Shown here: in pieces, positions 59,571-64,000 of the stretch
Position numbering within the stretch: position 1 is the stretch's first letter
Layout: the number at the start of each line of letters is the position of its first letter
Assembly: GCA_041336395.1 (NCBI GenBank)
Contig: JBGKWP010000007.1
Location: 165,845-229,844 of the forward strand
DNA from: Roseburia sp.
GTDB taxonomy: Bacteria; Bacillota; Clostridia; Lachnospirales; Lachnospiraceae
Direction: 5' to 3'
Length of the DNA stretch: 64,000 nt
Program-made: the position numbers and the translations under genes
Notes under the pieces: model-generated
The model's database searches: none
Told to the model about the DNA's origin: nothing
What the model saw: only the letters and a program-made list of their open reading frames with translations

Positions 59571-60401
59571 TTAGCGATAATATGCTTCCTCTTTCAGCAC
59601 ACCGATCAGCAGGTAGCGTCTGTGCCTCTCTCCACTCACGCAGGTCGACAGGGTGATCAGCTTATCTTCCTCTAAAACTTCCACGTCGTCCCTGAAATAC
59701 GAGACCGGATCATCCGTATATGCTAATGTCGCTTCGAGGAACGCATCCCGCCCCTCTTTTTCCTCCACCGGATACTGTGCCGGAATATAGACATCCGAAA
59801 ACTTCACGATCTCCTTCACTTCATAAGTCAGCCTTCTGTCCGGTGTGTAGACAAAAATTTCCTGATAGGTGTCAAAAAATTCCCTGTCCTCATAGCGGTG
59901 CAGACTTCCGAACATCGTTCCCTTGCGCATGTTGTGCCCGTACAGAACCGTATTATAGTCAGAAAAATCTTTTGCATTGCATTTATTCGTATAAATACAG
60001 CCCGGATACCCCTTGCTGTGGTCTAGATTATAATCCAGATAATAATTATCTGTCTCGCTTTGCAGCACCGGATAGTCAATCATTGTCCCCGGTACCACAA
60101 TCCATGCGTATATGTCTTCATTTTGCGTCTGCAGTTCATCAAAATCATAGACCGGATCGCAGTATACGGTTTTCTCCGTCGTCTCTTCCGTCTCCCCTGT
60201 TTTTTCTATAGCTTCTGTCTGTACTGCTTCCGCCGCCGTCTCAGTCACCTCGCGGAGTGCTTCAAATTCCGTCTCCCCTCTCCGGTTCTCATAGAAATAA
60301 TGGGCCAGATAGAGGATGCTGGCTGCGGCAGACAGAACTAATGTCAGAAAAATAGCCCCGTCCTTAATACGTCTGTTCTTCTTTGGCTGCTTTTGCTCCA
60401 T
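59571..60401 (-). CDS. srtB: Class B sortase
   Basis: N-terminal TM segment, IDYPVLQ, YGHNM, TLSTC...R catalytic motif; RBS AAGGAG before ATG 60401. Confidence 0.88.
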   Translation of the reverse strand: MEQKQPKKNRRIKDGAIFLTLVLSAAASILYLAHYFYENRRGETEFEALREVTETAAEAVQTEAIEKTGETEETTEKTVYCDPVYDFDELQTQNEDIYAWIVVPGTMIDYPVLQSETDNYYLDYNLDHSKGYPGCIYTNKCNAKDFSDYNTVLYGHNMRKGTMFGSLHRYEDREFFDTYQEIFVYTPDRRLTYEVKEIVKFSDVYIPAQYPVEEKEGRDAFLEATLAYTDDPVSYFRDDVEVLEEDKLITLSTCVSGERHRRYLLIGVLKEEAYYR

Positions 60402-60562
60402 TGCATATTGCTCCTTATAACTCCTAAAAAAGATCGGGTATCGCCCGCTGGCAGGCTTCCTCATCGAGATAATATGCTTCGTACACATCCCCTTCACGAT
60501 ACCGCATTTTCATAATACCATATTTTCATCCGAAAAATCACAGTCTTTTCTGATCTGTACAG

Positions 60563-60598
60563 AAAAACTGCCGGAAGAACTTGCGCTCTCCCGGCAGT
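60563..60598 (-). terminator. Intrinsic terminator after rplS
   Basis: ACTGCCGGGAGAGC-gcaa-GTTCTTCCGGCAGT followed by TTTT. Confidence 0.88.
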
Positions 60599-60615
60599 CT
60601 CTGTTACGCTCGGAA

Positions 60616-60969
60616 TTATTTTACTAACTCTTTTACTTTTGCTTTCTTACCAACACGGTCTCTTAAGTAGAATAATTTAGCTCTTCTTACTTTACCAGCA
60701 CGAACAACTTCTACTTTCTCAACGTTTGGAGAATGTAATGGCCAGGTCTTCTCAACGCCACATCCGTTAGAAACTTTTCTAACTGTGAATGTCTCACGGT
60801 TGCTTCCGCCCTGTCTCTTAATTACAACACCTTCGAAAATCTGGACTCTTTCACGGTTTCCCTCTTTGATTTTACCGTAAACTTTTACAGTATCACCTAC
60901 ACGGAACTCCGGTACTTCAGCCTTTAACTGCTCTGCTTCAATGCTCTTAATAATTTCACTTGCGTTCAT
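60616..60969 (-). CDS. rplS: 50S ribosomal protein L19
   Basis: [33 protein letters not shown]. Confidence 0.98.
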   Translation of the reverse strand: MNASEIIKSIEAEQLKAEVPEFRVGDTVKVYGKIKEGNRERVQIFEGVVIKRQGGSNRETFTVRKVSNGCGVEKTWPLHSPNVEKVEVVRAGKVRRAKLFYLRDRVGKKAKVKELVK

Positions 60970-60990
60970 TTTGTGACCTCCTATTATTTG

Positions 60991-61028
60991 GATGTTCTTA
61001 ATACGCCTATTCGTAACAGAGGACCATC
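60991..61028 (-). ncRNA. Probable L19 leader (cis-regulatory hairpin)
   Basis: GAUGGUCCUCUGUUACG...UAAGAACAUC hairpin with an internal loop, lying between a TTGACA-17-TAAATT promoter (61078-61050) and the rplS RBS. Match to the Rfam family not computed. Confidence 0.5.
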
Positions 61029-61108
61029 TCGTTTATTCACAACTCGCTTAATTTACCATATTTTCATCTAACTGTCAAGAGCTTTTTTATTCGCCGTCCA
61101 CCTGATTT

Positions 61109-61543
61109 CTATTCTTTACGGTTTGGCTTCTTCACTTCCCTTATGATCTTCGCCTCGTAAACAATGGCTGTCAGAGCGATTGCTCCCATCGCGATCACGC
61201 TGTATCCGGCATCAATACTATACCCTAATGCATCGCAGATACTGGTAAAAAGAAGTGACAGCACAAAGATAAACTTTATCAGCTGCACCATGCGCATTGT
61301 GTACCGGCGGATCTTCCCTGTGCACACCGACGGGTTTAACCCGTTCACACGCTCCGGATACAGAAAAAGCATGGTAAGACCTGCATATACCAACAGCAAA
61401 ATCAGCACATTCATGATAATCCGCATTGCACCAACACTGTATACAATGCCGTAATAGATCTGTAATCCCAGATACACAAACGCTGCAAGCGCACTTATGA
61501 TCTCTATTATCATCTGTGGTGATGTATATTTTCCACTTTTCAT
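61109..61543 (-). CDS. Hypothetical four-TM membrane protein
   Basis: Four hydrophobic segments; RBS AAAGGGG. Confidence 0.75.
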   Translation of the reverse strand: MKSGKYTSPQMIIEIISALAAFVYLGLQIYYGIVYSVGAMRIIMNVLILLLVYAGLTMLFLYPERVNGLNPSVCTGKIRRYTMRMVQLIKFIFVLSLLFTSICDALGYSIDAGYSVIAMGAIALTAIVYEAKIIREVKKPNRKE

Positions 61544-61747
61544 TCGGTTTTATTACCCCTTTCTTTGTCTCCTTATCTAAAATACTATATTTTTTGCATT
61601 TTAGGAAGCCACTTTATATTTATTTCAGAATCAGTTGTATACATGTATTATTTTGAAAACTGTCTGCACGTCTCTTGCAAATCGTGCCCCCTGTGCTATA
61701 ATAATTGAGGTTTATGCCTTTCAGATTGAAAAAGGAGATACAGATGT

Positions 61748-62758
61748 ATGGAAAAAACAATGATTCCACAGAATTATCATTCAGAATTAAATTTACATGA
61801 TACACAGATTGCGATCAAAACCGTCAAGGATTTCTTTCAGTCTCTGATCGCCGAGCGCCTTCATCTTGCCCGTGTGTCCGCCCCGCTCTTCGTCGACCCG
61901 GAATCCGGCTTAAACGACAACTTAAACGGCGTGGAACGCCCTGTTACGTTTGACATTAAGGAACAGAACGGACGTGAAGCAGAAGTTGTACAGTCCCTTG
62001 CAAAATGGAAACGTTACGCATTAAAGAAGTACGGTTTTTCCTATGGAGAAGGCCTTTACACGGACATGAACGCCATCCGCCGTGATGAGACAACTGACAA
62101 TATTCATTCGGTTTTCGTGGATCAGTGGGACTGGGAGAAGATCATTAAGAAGGAAGAGCGCAATCTCAACACTTTAAAGGACGTTGTAAAAACGGTTTAC
62201 AAGTGCCTTCGGAAAACAGAAAAGTATATGGCAATCCAGTATGACTATATTGAGGAAATTCTGCCGCACGATATTTTCTTTATCACCACACAGGAATTAG
62301 CCGACATGTTCCCGGACAATACACCGAAGGAACGGGAATATTATATTGCAAAAGCGAAGGGTGCTGTCTGCATTATGAAGATTGGTGACACATTAGAGAA
62401 CGGTGAACCGCATGACGGACGTGCCCCGGACTACGATGACTGGAGCTTAAACGCAGACATTATCGTTTATTATCCGGTTCTTGACATCGCTCTGGAGCTG
62501 TCTTCGATGGGTATCCGTGTTGACCGCGACGCATTACTTTACCAGTTACAGAAATCCGGATGTGAGGACCGCATAAATCTTCCTTTCCAGCAGGCGATCC
62601 TGAACGAAGAGCTTCCGTACACGATCGGCGGCGGTATCGGTCAGTCCCGTATCTGTATGTTTTTCTTAAGAAAAGCTCACATTGGCGAGGTACAGTCTTC
62701 TCTGTGGCCAGAGGAGATGGTGGCGCTTTGCGAAGAGCGTGGTGTGCAGCTGTTATAA
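61748..62758 (+). CDS. asnA: Aspartate--ammonia ligase
   Basis: DNLNGVERPV, SLAKWKR, HSVFVDQWDWE, RAPDYDDW, TIGGGIGQSR. Confidence 0.97.
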   Translation: MEKTMIPQNYHSELNLHDTQIAIKTVKDFFQSLIAERLHLARVSAPLFVDPESGLNDNLNGVERPVTFDIKEQNGREAEVVQSLAKWKRYALKKYGFSYGEGLYTDMNAIRRDETTDNIHSVFVDQWDWEKIIKKEERNLNTLKDVVKTVYKCLRKTEKYMAIQYDYIEEILPHDIFFITTQELADMFPDNTPKEREYYIAKAKGAVCIMKIGDTLENGEPHDGRAPDYDDWSLNADIIVYYPVLDIALELSSMGIRVDRDALLYQLQKSGCEDRINLPFQQAILNEELPYTIGGGIGQSRICMFFLRKAHIGEVQSSLWPEEMVALCEERGVQLL

Positions 62759-62777
62759 GTTTTTTTGTGGATGTCTG

Positions 62778-62811
62778 GAGGCAGTACTTTTCGAAGTGCT
62801 GCTTCTTTTTT
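62778..62811 (+). terminator. Intrinsic terminator after asnA
   Basis: GAGGCAGTACTT-ttcg-AAGTGCTGCTTC followed by TTTTTT. Confidence 0.9.
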
Positions 62812-62820
62812 ATGCGACAT

Positions 62821-63091
62821 ACTGGGGAGGTAGCTAACTAAGGGACGCTGCCGGTCGACAGGCTTTGTTAGCCAAAAGAGAGCGGTACTTCCTCCGAAAT
62901 TCCATTACGCCAGGAACTCCGATGAGCCCAGAGCAGGATTTTGTGTCAGCAATGGCTTCCACAAAACCGGGGGCTGCGGAGCAGACCTTAGTCTCTATCT
63001 CCGTGGCGTAGAGGAAATTTCTCCGGAAGTACCGCTCTCTTTTGGCATACGGAGGGTATGGAACGGCAGCTGCGGATCTTGACTCTCCAGT
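62821..63091. repeat. Long palindromic element of about 270 bp (REP/MITE-like or structured RNA)
   Basis: Perfect 22-bp inverted repeat GCCAAAAGAGAGCGGTACTTCC 62871-62892 / 63025-63046, with further nested pairs outside and inside it. Confidence 0.8.
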
Positions 63092-63726
63092 TTTATTGAT
63101 AATGTTTTACAAGCCATTAAAAGCAGGGATACATGGTTCTGACAATTGAAAGAATGACACAATCCAACCATAGACAGCAGTATAAAGATTACGTTGTCTG
63201 AAAGCCCGAAACATGTTACTGGTCATAATTCAATCTATATAGAATACTTACTGCCTGAACATAGCAAATGAAATGCGGAGTAGTAAAGAAATACATAAGA
63301 GATATACTACCCGAATGAAGAGAGATAGATAAGAAGCAGTAACAGAGCTTTTCAATCCGATCCCCTTCTTTCTACTTTTTCAACAATCCATTTTTGTGCA
63401 GTATTACTAAATTTTTTATCAAAACTGTACATCTTGCAATTCTTGTGCTATGGTAATTCTACCATGTATACATATATGCTTCATGACTACAGAAGACTGC
63501 AGTTCTTACAGACAGACTGTCATACAGATTCCTTATTGTGCGCAAATGACGAATTCCTATTTTAAGAACGGTTTGTTTTCAGAAAGTAACCCGCTGGATT
63601 CTATCTGCAGATTTTTGCAGGAATTTTATCCCTGTGTCATTTGGTCTGCGTTTTCTCAAAATCTGACGTATCGTCATTTTTTCAGATTTTTCAATTCCAT
63701 ACTATTACAAGACAAGGAGAATGCCT

Positions 63727-64000
63727 ATGCAACAAACACCTTCCTCTTTAGCGACTGCAACCGGAAAAATTGATTTTCCGTTCACGAATGATTTTGTATT
63801 CCGGGCGATTTTACAGCGGAATAAGAGAGTTCTTACTGCACTGATCTGTGCCATCTTACATATCCCAAAGGAACATGTGAAGGATATCATTATTACAAAC
63901 CCGATTGAGCTCGGCTTAACACCAGTACAAAAGGAGTTTATTCTGGATATCCGTGTGCTCTTTAACAATGAACAACTGATTGACCTTGAGATGCAGATGG
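63727..64000 (+). CDS. Rpn-family recombination-promoting nuclease / PD-(D/E)XK putative transposase, 3' end outside the window
   Basis: Not in the ORF track. Manual translation after RBS AAGGAG: MQQTPSSLATATGKIDFPFTNDFVFRAIL...LICAIL...IIITNPIELG...KEFILDIRVLFNNEQLIDLEMQ. It has the ND(F)xF N-terminal motif and the D...ExQ catalytic motif of the family. Confidence 0.85.
   Translation, partial: MQQTPSSLATATGKIDFPFTNDFVFRAILQRNKRVLTALICAILHIPKEHVKDIIITNPIELGLTPVQKEFILDIRVLFNNEQLIDLEMQM

Noticed and set aside
63450..63773. 107-aa plus-strand ORF upstream of the Rpn gene
   Set aside because: No RBS, out-of-frame overlap with the Rpn start, and composition typical of AT-rich noncoding DNA.
220..63968. 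Numerous 60-230 aa ORFs in the track, mostly on the plus strand (for example 6585-7052, 13382-13993, 46887-47579, 55604-56242)
   Set aside because: They are antisense or off-frame shadows of well-supported genes, with no RBS or recognisable motifs.

Overview
This is a mostly housekeeping chromosomal segment from a spore-forming Clostridia bacterium, probably Lachnospiraceae (inferred from gene content, gene order and protein style). Nearly all genes lie on the minus strand. In window order it contains: a partial RND/HlyD adaptor, spoIIP-gpr, rpsT, holA, and a comE locus in which a response regulator, histidine kinase and GerMN lipoprotein sit between comEA and comEC. Next come the argC-GNAT-argJ-argB-argD operon with divergent argG, purA, a tandemly duplicated tRNA-Val/tRNA-Met pair, a metH lacking its reactivation domain, T-box-controlled thrS, glmM, malQ and a CLC-F-like transporter. 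These are followed by a folate operon extended by phosphohydrolases, a second type II topoisomerase pair (parE/parC-like), a CdaR regulator with an MsmX-type ATPase, dut, gpsA-plsY-der-DUF512, a YtrA-regulated ABC operon, an M42 peptidase, pgeF, yraN, rnhB, ylqF, lepB, a class B sortase, rplS, asnA and the start of an Rpn (PD-(D/E)XK) nuclease gene at the right edge. I see no CRISPR array, prophage or intact IS. The observations most worth follow-up are: (1) long intergenic palindromic elements at about 5.2-5.5, 21.8-21.9 and 62.8-63.1 kb that share short motifs; (2) the three-component signalling module inside the competence operon, with a WalR-like box on its promoter; (3) a 56-aa gene missed by the ORF track and coupled to holA; (4) HAD/HD/Cof hydrolases in the folate operon as candidates for the unassigned dephosphorylation step; and (5) an AT-rich accessory edge containing the hairpin element, a small hydrophobic ORF and the Rpn gene. 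No searches were run; family calls are by motif recognition.
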